A stretch of DNA of 32,000 bases from Dickeya dadantii NCPPB 898 (GTDB lineage: Bacteria > Pseudomonadota > Gammaproteobacteria > Enterobacterales > Enterobacteriaceae), in the NCBI RefSeq assembly GCF_000406145.1, contig NZ_CM001976.1, positions 1,922,061 to 1,954,060 on the forward strand. Reading direction: 5' to 3'. The position numbers were made by a program, and so were the translations under genes. Below are positions 10,484-18,596 of this stretch, in pieces (position 1 is the stretch's first letter; every line of letters starts with the position of its first letter). The notes under the pieces are model-generated. The model searched no databases, had not been told where the DNA came from, and saw only the letters and a program-made list of their open reading frames with translations.

Positions 10484-12046
10484 ATGAAGATAAGAACCTT
10501 TATCGGTATGGCGGCGTTGATCGCCATCTCCCTTTCAGGCGGCATCGCGGCCGCTCAGGAAGACAATCGTCCTGAGCTACGGATCGCGGTTCAGAAAAAC
10601 CCGGAGACACAGGAGCCGGTCGACGCGGCGTCCAACGTCGCTTTCCGCAACAATCCCTCGATTCACGAGACGCTGCTGAAACTTGACCTTGATGGCCACT
10701 TCTCGGTGCAGCCGAACCTGGCGACCTCGTGGCGATGGATTGACGATAAAACCCTCGAAGTAAAGCTGCGCAAAGGGGTCATTTTCCACGACGGCCGTGA
10801 GATGACCGCGGAGGACGTCGCCTTTTCGTTCGGACCGGAACGGTTGACCGACCCGAAGGCGCCCGGTTATCCCACCTATCTGACCAGCTTCAGCAGCCTT
10901 GCTCATGTCGATGTGGTGGATCCGGAAACCGTCCGTTTCGTCACTAAGTTCAAGGACCCGATTTTGTTACAGCGGCTGGCCAGTTATGCCGCGGTGGTTA
11001 TCAGCAAAGACGCCTGGATTAAGATGGGCGGCGACTGGGCGAAGTGGAAACAAAAGCCGGTCGGCGCCGGGCCCTACAAGGTTCTCGAATCTGTTGCCAA
11101 CGATCATGTCACGCTGGTCGCTCACGACAGGTATTTCGGTGGAAAGCCTAATGCGAAGCGCGTCACCTTCAAGGTGGTGCCGGAAGTGTCATCCCGTATC
11201 GCCGGCCTTCTGGCGGGGGATTATGACATTGCGACCGATTTGCCGCCGGATCAGCTCGACGTGGTGAACAAGTCCGGCAACGCGACGGTCGTCGGAGGCC
11301 CGGTGCCGAACAACCGCATCCTCTTCTTCGACAAGTACAACCCGGCGCTCAAGGATCCGCGCGTTCGTCAGGCGTTGATTCTTGCCATCGACCGTCAGGC
11401 GATCGTCGACACCATCTGGAACGGCCTGACCGTCGTCCCGAACGGCGAGCAGTTCAAGGAGTTCGGCCCCATCTACATGAAGGACCGGCCGAAATACGAA
11501 TACAATCCGGAAAAAGCCCGGCAACTGCTGAAAGCGGCCGGCTACAAAGGCGAACCGATCGCAATCCGCTCGCAGAACAACTACTACACGGCTGAAAACA
11601 CGGTCAGCGAAGCGGTCGTCGCCATGTGGCAGGCGGTCGGCATCAACGCCAAACTGGAGTTTGTTGAAGCCGGCAAGCTCTTCGATAACGCCAACGGTCG
11701 GGCGACCGGCAACTGGTCCAGCACCGCGGTTATTGCCGACCCTTACGTCTCCATCTACTCGATGGCGTTCGCCAGAACCGCATCGATGGGCACGCAGAAG
11801 ATCTGGATCAATGACGAATTCGATGCGCTCGGCGCGAAGCTTGAACAGGCGGTAGCTCCGGCGGATCGCGCCAAAATCTTCTCCGACATGCTGGACATCA
11901 TTGAATGGAAGGACCCAGGCATCACTGTCCTTCACCAGAACGCCGTCTTCTTCGGCGTCTCCAACAAGGTGAAGTGGAAACCGCAGCACGCCTTCGCGAT
12001 GGATCTGGGTCCGCAAAACCTGTCCTTCGTCAATGCCGCCGGGTGA
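10484..12046 (+). CDS. ABC transporter periplasmic solute-binding protein, family 5 (peptide/nickel/opine type), AccA-like
   Basis: The ATG at 10484 has an AGGAG RBS 8 nt upstream. The signal peptide is MKIRTFIGMAALIAISLSGGIAAAQE. The 520-aa length and motifs (GAGPYKV, DHVTLVAHDRYFGGKP) are typical of SBP_bac_5. Confidence 0.85.
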   Translation: MKIRTFIGMAALIAISLSGGIAAAQEDNRPELRIAVQKNPETQEPVDAASNVAFRNNPSIHETLLKLDLDGHFSVQPNLATSWRWIDDKTLEVKLRKGVIFHDGREMTAEDVAFSFGPERLTDPKAPGYPTYLTSFSSLAHVDVVDPETVRFVTKFKDPILLQRLASYAAVVISKDAWIKMGGDWAKWKQKPVGAGPYKVLESVANDHVTLVAHDRYFGGKPNAKRVTFKVVPEVSSRIAGLLAGDYDIATDLPPDQLDVVNKSGNATVVGGPVPNNRILFFDKYNPALKDPRVRQALILAIDRQAIVDTIWNGLTVVPNGEQFKEFGPIYMKDRPKYEYNPEKARQLLKAAGYKGEPIAIRSQNNYYTAENTVSEAVVAMWQAVGINAKLEFVEAGKLFDNANGRATGNWSSTAVIADPYVSIYSMAFARTASMGTQKIWINDEFDALGAKLEQAVAPADRAKIFSDMLDIIEWKDPGITVLHQNAVFFGVSNKVKWKPQHAFAMDLGPQNLSFVNAAG

Positions 12047-12056
12047 GGTTGTTATA

Positions 12057-12929
12057 ATGCGCGAATCCGTTCTCTCCATTCACGACTTGAGCATTTCCTT
12101 TCCCGCGGGAAAGCACAGGACGACGCCGGTCAGGTCGGTATCCTTTGACGTCAGGAAGGGCGAAATACTGGGCATTGTGGGGGAAAGCGGTTCCGGAAAA
12201 TCGCTTTCATGCCTCGCCGTAGCCGGCCTGCTGCCGGCTACGGCCCAGGCTTCCGGCGCGGTCGCTATTGGCGGCCAGACGTTCGCCGCCGCCGATCTGC
12301 CGAAAGCGCTGGCGTCGAAACGACTTCCGCCGATCGGCATGATCTTCCAGGAACCGGTATCCTGCCTCAATCCGGTACGCAGCGTTGGCGAGCAAATCGC
12401 CGAGGCGGCGCGAAGTGCCGGGCATTCTGCGGAACAGGCCCGCAAGATTGCGCTGCAACTCCTGAAAGACGTCGCCATCGACGAGCCGGAGACGCGCTAC
12501 CATGACTATCCTTCGCAGTTTTCCGGCGGCATGTGCCAGCGCGTCATGATCGCCACGGCGCTGGCGCTGGAACCGCAACTGGTCATCGCCGACGAACCGA
12601 CGACCGCGCTCGACGTCACGGTGCAGGCTCAGGTGGTGTCGCTGCTGGTGTCGCTGGTACGCCAACGCGGCATAGCCATGATTTTCATCAGCCACGACCT
12701 TGACCTGATCGCGGAGGTCTGCGATCGCATCGTCGTGATGTACGGCGGTGAGATCATGGAAGTCGGCACGACTGAAAACATCTATGCACGTCCGAGCCAT
12801 CCCTACACCCGGCTGTTACTCAACGCGATGCCGGGGCACGGCGAACCGCTCACCCGGCTGGTGGAAATGCCCCACGACTGGCGGCTTGACGCGGCTGCAT
12901 CATTAACCTCAGTGGAGCGTATACCATGA
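12057..12929 (+). CDS. ABC transporter ATP-binding protein (OppD/DppD type)
   Basis: The ATG at 12057 follows a GAGG RBS. It carries Walker A GESGSGKS, signature FSGGMCQR, Walker B VIADEPTTALD and H-loop ISHD. Confidence 0.85.
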   Translation: MRESVLSIHDLSISFPAGKHRTTPVRSVSFDVRKGEILGIVGESGSGKSLSCLAVAGLLPATAQASGAVAIGGQTFAAADLPKALASKRLPPIGMIFQEPVSCLNPVRSVGEQIAEAARSAGHSAEQARKIALQLLKDVAIDEPETRYHDYPSQFSGGMCQRVMIATALALEPQLVIADEPTTALDVTVQAQVVSLLVSLVRQRGIAMIFISHDLDLIAEVCDRIVVMYGGEIMEVGTTENIYARPSHPYTRLLLNAMPGHGEPLTRLVEMPHDWRLDAAASLTSVERIP

Positions 12930-13798
12930 GTTTGAGCGCGTCAGCCAGGACGACAGTCCTTGAGGCCCACGATCTGGATTTCACTTACCACGCCGGATTT
13001 TCTCTTCTGCCGGGTAGTCGGGTCGGTCATCATGCCGTCCGTGGTGTTTCGCTCGCGCTTGGTCAGGGCGAAACGCTCGGTCTGGTCGGCGAGTCTGGAT
13101 GCGGGAAATCAACCCTGGCCGCATTGCTGTGCGGCGACCGCCAGCCGGATAGCGGCACGCTGGCACTCTTCGGCGCACCCTTCGCCGGCTATCTCAGGCC
13201 GAATCGCCGGCGTCTGGCCCGCGTTCTTCAGGTCGTCGCACAAGATACGCTTGGGGCGTTCGACCCGCGGCATACCATCGGCCGGCAGATTGAGGAAGTG
13301 CTGCTGATTCATGCTATCGGCGGCAAGAGCGAGCGGCGCGATCGGGCCAGAGAAGCGCTCGGCGCCGTGGCGCTGCCGGGCGCCATGTTGGATCGTTATC
13401 CGCATCAGATGTCGGGAGGGCAGCGGCAGCGCGCCGCCATCGCCCGGGCGCTGGTGACCGAACCCAACATCCTGCTTTGCGATGAACCCGTCTCGGCGCT
13501 GGATGTGTCGGTTCAGGCTCAGGTGCTCAATCTCCTGCTCGATCTTCAGGAGAAGCGCGGTCTTTCTATCCTGTTCATCAGCCACGATGTGCGCGTGGTG
13601 CGCCATGTGTCGCATCGGGTCGTCGTGATGCAGGCCGGTCGCGTGGTGGAGAGCGGGCCGACGTCAACCGTCTTCGCCGCGCCGTCCGACCCCTATACCG
13701 CGAAGTTGCTTGCTGCCGTGCCGAAAGGCAAGCGTCGGGCAAGCTCTGCGGATACGGCGTGCAGCCGCTTAATGCTGGCGGAGGCGAGAGCATGCTGA
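12926..13798 (+). CDS. ABC transporter ATP-binding protein (OppF/DppF type)
   Basis: The start overlaps the upstream stop (ATGA). It carries Walker A GESGCGKST, signature MSGGQRQR, Walker B LLCDEPVSALD and H-loop ISHD. Confidence 0.88.
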   Translation: MSLSASARTTVLEAHDLDFTYHAGFSLLPGSRVGHHAVRGVSLALGQGETLGLVGESGCGKSTLAALLCGDRQPDSGTLALFGAPFAGYLRPNRRRLARVLQVVAQDTLGAFDPRHTIGRQIEEVLLIHAIGGKSERRDRAREALGAVALPGAMLDRYPHQMSGGQRQRAAIARALVTEPNILLCDEPVSALDVSVQAQVLNLLLDLQEKRGLSILFISHDVRVVRHVSHRVVVMQAGRVVESGPTSTVFAAPSDPYTAKLLAAVPKGKRRASSADTACSRLMLAEARAC

Positions 13799-14718
13799 AC
13801 ATCATGACCGGCTCATTTTTTCGCGCGATATTGACGGTTTTCCTGGTGGTGACCTTCACCTTCGTGATGCTGCGCATCAGCGGCGACCCGATGACGTCGC
13901 TCCTTGGCGTCGAGACCCCGCCGCAGGTGGTCGACATGCTGCGCCAGCAATGGGGGCTGGATCGCCCGGTGGCCGAACAGTATTTCACCTATCTCGGCCG
14001 GATGCTGACCGGCGATTTCGGCACCTCGCTGCGAAGTGGTCAGGATGCGCTTGCCCTCATCATCGAGAAGGTTCCGGCGACGCTGCGGTTGATGGCGGCC
14101 GCGCTGGTACTGGCGCTGGCGGCAGGCGTCCCGCTGGGTATCGTCGCGGCCCGCTATCGTGGCGGATTTGTCGACCGCGCGGTGATGAGTCTCGCCGTGC
14201 TGACGCACTCTGTGCCAACCTTTCTGACCGGCATTCTTCTGATCCAGCTGTTTGCCGTAAAGCTGCGGCTGCTGCCGTCTGGCGGCGGGGCAACGCTCGC
14301 CCACATGGTGATGCCCACGCTGGTGATTGGGCTTTACAATGCCGGCGTCATCGCGCGATTCGTTCGTTCAAGCGCGCTGGAGGTGATCGGGCAGCGCTAT
14401 GTCCTCGCCGCCCGAGCGAAGCGGGTATCGGAGTGGGGGATTATCTTCAGGCATGTGATGCCGAACGCGGCGCTTCCCTTGCTGACGCTGCTCGGATTTT
14501 TGCTCGGCGGCATGATTGGCGGTTCTGCGGTGGTCGAGGCGGTATACGCCTGGCCCGGCGTTGGCCTGCTGTTGATCAGTTCGGTTGCTTCCCGCGATGT
14601 TGCGGTGGTTCAGGCGATTGTCATTCTCATCACGGTTGCGATGGTCAGCGCCAACCTGCTGGTCGACTTCCTGCACGCGGTGGCTGACCCCCGTCTGCGC
14701 TACCCGAAACGCGCTTAA
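13792..14718 (+). CDS. ABC transporter permease (DppB/OppB type)
   Basis: The ATG at 13792 has a GGAGG RBS 7 nt upstream and overlaps the upstream stop (ATGCTGA). The product is a polytopic BPD_transp_1-type protein (MLNIMTGSFFRAILTVFLVVTFTFVMLRISGDP...). Confidence 0.85.
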   Translation: MLNIMTGSFFRAILTVFLVVTFTFVMLRISGDPMTSLLGVETPPQVVDMLRQQWGLDRPVAEQYFTYLGRMLTGDFGTSLRSGQDALALIIEKVPATLRLMAAALVLALAAGVPLGIVAARYRGGFVDRAVMSLAVLTHSVPTFLTGILLIQLFAVKLRLLPSGGGATLAHMVMPTLVIGLYNAGVIARFVRSSALEVIGQRYVLAARAKRVSEWGIIFRHVMPNAALPLLTLLGFLLGGMIGGSAVVEAVYAWPGVGLLLISSVASRDVAVVQAIVILITVAMVSANLLVDFLHAVADPRLRYPKRA

Positions 14719-14729
14719 AGGAGGTGGTC

Positions 14730-15608
14730 ATGGCCGATATCACCCCTGAGTCACCCAAGCTGCCCTCCGGCGTCTTCACCAGACTTCCACGCATCAATCC
14801 GCTGCTGGCGGTATGTGTATCGATTATTGTGCTGGCGGTCGGTCTTGCGGTATTCGCCGACGTGCTGGCGCCATACGGCTTTGCTCAGATCGACCTGAGG
14901 GCCCGCAAGATGCCGCCGCTCCACGTCGGGGCCGGCGCTACGCACTGGCTCGGTACCGATGAGATGGGGCGCGACATCCTAAGCCGCATCTTTTACGCGC
15001 TGCGTATGAGCATCCTGATATCGCTCGGCGCGTCGATCATCAGCATGTTCATCGGCACGGCGCTGGGGCTTATCGCGAGTTTCCGTCGTGGCTTTGCCGA
15101 CGCCATCATCCGGGTGGCGGTCGATTTTCAGGCGTCCATGCCGTTTATTATCATCGCGCTTACGGTTTTGGCGTTTCTCGGCAACAGCCTCACGCTGTTC
15201 ATCTGCCTGCTGGGGTTATTTGGCTGGGAACGGTTTGCGCGCCTGACGCGGACCATGGCCGGCCTTGAACTGGGAAAACCCTATATCGCCGCGTTGCATC
15301 GCAACGGCGCGGGGAGTTTTCGCATCGCGATGGTTCACGTGCTCCCCAATATTCTGGCGGTGGTACTGGTCACCTTCACGGTGGTGATGCCTGAAATCCT
15401 CATTCTGGAATCATCGCTGAGTTTCCTTGGCCTCGGCGTGCAGCCGCCACTGGTCAGTCTGGGTTCCCTGGTGGGCGCCGGCCGCGACTACATCATGACC
15501 GAGTGGTGGATCGCTATCGTTCCGGGCGTGGTCATCTTCGTCCTGTCGCTAACCATTAGTCTTATCGGCGACCAGCTACGCGACATCTTCGACCCGACGC
15601 TGAAATGA
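14730..15608 (+). CDS. ABC transporter permease (DppC/OppC type)
   Basis: The ATG at 14730 follows an AAAGGAGG RBS. The product is polytopic and contains the HWLGTDEMGRDILSRIFY motif typical of DppC/OppC-type permeases. Confidence 0.85.
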   Translation: MADITPESPKLPSGVFTRLPRINPLLAVCVSIIVLAVGLAVFADVLAPYGFAQIDLRARKMPPLHVGAGATHWLGTDEMGRDILSRIFYALRMSILISLGASIISMFIGTALGLIASFRRGFADAIIRVAVDFQASMPFIIIALTVLAFLGNSLTLFICLLGLFGWERFARLTRTMAGLELGKPYIAALHRNGAGSFRIAMVHVLPNILAVVLVTFTVVMPEILILESSLSFLGLGVQPPLVSLGSLVGAGRDYIMTEWWIAIVPGVVIFVLSLTISLIGDQLRDIFDPTLK

Positions 15609-15686
15609 TCGAAACGCGCTGATTTCATCGCGCGGCGCTCTTCGCGCGAAACCGTGCTAAACGAAAGTGAACAGGAGACAGTGAAC

Positions 15687-16487
15687 ATGAATCCGTTAAG
15701 AATGACGCCAGAGACTCTGCGCCTCGGCGGCCACCGCGGCCACAGCGTCGGGGCGCCGGAAAACACCCTCGCCGCGTTTAAAAAGGCGTTTGAATACGGC
15801 GGCCGCGGCGTGACCTGTGAAACCGACCTCGGCATCACCCGCGATGGCGAACTGGTGCTGATTCACGACAGCACGGTTGACCGCACCACCAACGGCCGTG
15901 GCCTGGTGCAAAACATGACCTATGCCGAACTCGCCCAACTCGATGCCGGGCAATGGTTCAGCCATGAATTCGCCGGAGAGCGCGTTCCGCGGCTCAGGGA
16001 TGCGCTACAGCTTGCCCGCGAGCTTGGCATCATCTATCAGCTTGAGCTTAAGTTATACGATCGCAATGAGGTGCTTTTCCCGAAGCTCCGCGCGCTGATT
16101 GATGAACTGGACTGTGCCGAGCTATTGCAGTTTTCCTCGTTTGACTACGTGCAACTGAAGGCGGTGAAAGCGGCGATACCGGAAGTGCCGACCGTCGGCC
16201 TGATGCATTCTCGTTTGATCGACCCTGCCGCGCTGGCCCGGCAGGCCAATCTCGATGCGATGAATATTGAGATCTACCATTTTGCCAGCGGAGAGGCGCG
16301 CCAGCTGCATGACGAGGGTTTCGCCGCCTTCCTCTACCTGCCGGGACAGGAGCATCAGAAGCGCAAGGACTACGGCGTTGATATCGAAGCTCAGGTCGTG
16401 CAATGGATTCGTGACGGTCAGTTGGATCAACTGCTGGGCGATGACGTTGCGCAGGTGGCAAGGCTCAAACAGGAAGCCTTCGGCTGA
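15687..16487 (+). CDS. Cytoplasmic glycerophosphodiester-phosphodiesterase family enzyme (UgpQ/GDPD type), AccF-like position
   Basis: The ATG at 15687 follows an AGGAG RBS. GDPD catalytic motifs are present: GGHRGHSVGAPENTLAAF and CETDLGITRDGELVLIHDSTVDRTTNG. There is no signal peptide. Confidence 0.85.
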   Translation: MNPLRMTPETLRLGGHRGHSVGAPENTLAAFKKAFEYGGRGVTCETDLGITRDGELVLIHDSTVDRTTNGRGLVQNMTYAELAQLDAGQWFSHEFAGERVPRLRDALQLARELGIIYQLELKLYDRNEVLFPKLRALIDELDCAELLQFSSFDYVQLKAVKAAIPEVPTVGLMHSRLIDPAALARQANLDAMNIEIYHFASGEARQLHDEGFAAFLYLPGQEHQKRKDYGVDIEAQVVQWIRDGQLDQLLGDDVAQVARLKQEAFG

Positions 16488-16529
16488 GATGAAGAGGGCG
16501 CGGGAAATGATTGACCATTCACTAAGCGG

Positions 16530-16621
16530 TAAACCACACTGTTTGTCGTAGACCGTGTTTGCAATAGACGGTATTTGCAGTAGGCGGTGTTTGTAATAAA
16601 CCGTGTTTGCCGCAGACACGG
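16530..16621. repeat. Imperfect tandem array, about 5 copies of a 16-bp unit (TAGACCGTGTTTGCAA)
   Basis: The units are contiguous: 16549-16564 tagaccgtgtttgcaa, 16565-16580 tagacggtatttgcag, 16581-16596 taggcggtgtttgtaa, 16597-16612 taaaccgtgtttgccg. Degenerate copies flank them at 16530-16548 and from 16613 onward. The array is intergenic. Confidence 0.75.
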
Positions 16622-16677
16622 CTTCGGATTGGTTCATTGCGCTAACATTCATACCTCAGCGATCGTGGTGGTGAGAG

Positions 16678-17442
16678 ATGGTTATACCTAATGCCTTCAT
16701 GCTGTCCATTCGCGGCTACGGCGCGCTGGAGGCGCCTCATCGTCACGATCATTCGCAGTTGGTTTTACCGCTGTCCGGGTCGCTCAGTATTGATATCTCT
16801 GGGCAGAGCGCCCAGTTGGATCGCCGTCTGGCCGCCTATGTCGACAGGCATTTTCCTCATGCGCAGCAAAGCCGCGGGGCAAACCAGTTTCTGATTGTGG
16901 ACGTTGAGCCGGACCATCTGGATCCCCTTGTCGCGGACTATCTGGCATCGTGCCGGTTCCTGAGTCTTGCGCCGGAAGCCAACAATCTGATTGATTACAT
17001 GGGCACGATGCTGGTCAAAGGCCGGGTGCCCGACTCGCGGATTCAACTGTGGGCGCCGCTGTTGCTGGATGCGCTGACCGGCGAGGGGCCGCAGCCGCGT
17101 TCACGGCTGGCGGGGCTGATATCGGCTATCGACAGTGACCCTTTTCTGGACTGGACCACCGAGTTCATGGCGCAGCAGGCGGGGATGAGCGTCAGCCGGC
17201 TACATGCCGTGTTCCGCCGCGAACGCGATACCACGCCGCACGCCTGGCTGGCGCGGGTACGGCTGGGTCGGGTGCAGCACTGGCTGGCGACGACGAATCT
17301 GCCCATCGCCGAGATTGCCTACCGAGGCCGCTATGCCGATCAAAGCGCCCTGACCCGGGCCATGCGCAAGGCGACGGGGCTGACGCCAGCGGCGTTTCGA
17401 CAGCTGTCGCAGGAGTCTGGGCCTAAAGAACGCGAGTCTTAA
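16678..17442 (+). CDS. AraC/XylS-family transcriptional regulator (cupin-like N-domain plus C-terminal double HTH)
   Basis: The C-terminus (FMAQQAGMSVSRLHAVFRRERDTTPHAWLARVRLGRVQHWLATTNLPIAEIAYRGRYADQSALTRAMRKATGLTPAAFRQ) is a canonical AraC HTH. Confidence 0.8.
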   Translation: MVIPNAFMLSIRGYGALEAPHRHDHSQLVLPLSGSLSIDISGQSAQLDRRLAAYVDRHFPHAQQSRGANQFLIVDVEPDHLDPLVADYLASCRFLSLAPEANNLIDYMGTMLVKGRVPDSRIQLWAPLLLDALTGEGPQPRSRLAGLISAIDSDPFLDWTTEFMAQQAGMSVSRLHAVFRRERDTTPHAWLARVRLGRVQHWLATTNLPIAEIAYRGRYADQSALTRAMRKATGLTPAAFRQLSQESGPKERES

Positions 17443-17501
17443 TCAAGACGTGCGGCATAGGTTGCGCGATACTCTCCCGTCAGCAACGAGTGGAGAGCGG
17501 T

Positions 17502-18464
17502 ATGGTGGATGGTAAAAGAACAGTAGCGGGTGTGGCGTGCGGCATGGGGGCCGGCGCGCTCTGGGGGTTGGTTTTCCTGGCGCCGGAGCTGGTGCGTGCG
17601 TTTAGCCCGCTGCAGATCGCCATCGGCCGCTATATTGCCTACGGCCTGATTGCGTTGGTGTTGCTGGCGCTGCGCGGGCCGTCGCTGATGCGGCGACTGA
17701 CGCGCCGTGAGTGGTTCGCGCTGGGCTGGCTCTCGCTGGCGGGCAACACCCTGTATTACATTCTGCTGTCCAGCGCGGTACAGATGGCGGGCATCGCCGT
17801 CACGTCGTTGGTGATTGGTTTTATGCCGGTGGTGGTGACCTTGATCGGCAGCCGCGATCGGGGCGCGGTGCCGCTGCGCAGGCTGTTGCCGTCGTTGCTG
17901 ATGTGCGCGGCCGGCGCCCTGTGCATCGGCTGGCAGGCGCTGGGCGCGCCGGCGTCCGCCGCCGTGGGGGCTCAGGCGGTCGGCCTGCTGTGCGCGCTGG
18001 GCGCACTGATATCCTGGAGCAGCTTTGCCGTAGGCAACAGCCGCTGGCTGGCCCGCGTGTCTTCTGTCTCGGCCCATGACTGGAATCTCATGATGGGTAT
18101 CGTTACCGGCGCGCAGTCGCTGGTGCTGATTCCTTTCGCCATCATGCTTAACACCAACAGCCACAGCGACGTCGCCTGGGCGCAGTTCGCCGGCGTATCT
18201 ATCGGGTTGGCGGTGCTGGCTTCCATCGTCGGCAACCTGTTTTGGAACCAGATGAGTCGCCTGTTGCCGCTCACGCTGGTCGGGCAGATGATTTTGTTTG
18301 AAACCCTGTTCGCGCTGATTTACGGCTTTTTGTGGGAGCAACGCTTGCCCACGTATCTGGAGGCCGCCGCTTTTACGCTGGTGGTTTGCAGCGTGGCGTC
18401 CTGCGTCGCGGTACACCGGAAACCCGTGCCTCATGACGACGAAGACGGTTTAACCACTGCTTAA
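17502..18464 (+). CDS. DMT-superfamily inner-membrane protein, YtfF-like
   Basis: The ATG at 17502 follows a GGAGAG RBS. GALWGLVFLAPELV...IGRYIAYGLIAL resembles the E. coli YtfF N-terminus, and the roughly 320-aa polytopic product fits. Confidence 0.78.
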   Translation: MVDGKRTVAGVACGMGAGALWGLVFLAPELVRAFSPLQIAIGRYIAYGLIALVLLALRGPSLMRRLTRREWFALGWLSLAGNTLYYILLSSAVQMAGIAVTSLVIGFMPVVVTLIGSRDRGAVPLRRLLPSLLMCAAGALCIGWQALGAPASAAVGAQAVGLLCALGALISWSSFAVGNSRWLARVSSVSAHDWNLMMGIVTGAQSLVLIPFAIMLNTNSHSDVAWAQFAGVSIGLAVLASIVGNLFWNQMSRLLPLTLVGQMILFETLFALIYGFLWEQRLPTYLEAAAFTLVVCSVASCVAVHRKPVPHDDEDGLTTA

Positions 18465-18596
18465 CGGCCACTTAGCCGCTGCGCCCTTACGGACGAAAAA
18501 AACGCGCGGCGCTGATTGGCCCGGAAAGACCGATTCCTTATGGTGGACGCTTGTTTTACTCTGTGGCCTGAGGCGATATTTTTTGCAGGGTGACAG

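Noticed and set aside
11189-12079. 296-aa minus-strand ORF, and other antisense ORFs in the ABC block at 12.2-14.7 kb (12207..12800, 13109..13615, 13813..14304, 13950..14687)
   Set aside because: All overlap well-supported transporter genes, either on the opposite strand or in an alternative frame, and none has family-like motifs.
16530-16621. Possibility that the tandem repeats here, at 22484-22555 and at 24853-24884 are CRISPR arrays
   Set aside because: The units are contiguous with no spacers, are only 16 bp long, number just 2-5 copies, and have no cas genes nearby.
16122-16652. 176-aa minus-strand ORF spanning the GDPD 3' end and the repeat array
   Set aside because: It overlaps the GDPD coding region in antisense. 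Its N-terminal part is just a translation of the 16-bp tandem repeats (ANTVY...ANTVY).
9644-16677. Search for integrase or transposase genes, tRNA attachment sites or terminal inverted repeats flanking the acc-like block
   Set aside because: I could find none by eye, so I do not call a mobile element or genomic island with defined ends. Only compositional evidence for lateral origin is reported.
17439-18434. 331-aa minus-strand ORF
   Set aside because: It is antisense to the YtfF-like membrane protein gene. The product is extremely Arg/Gln/His-rich and not membrane-like.
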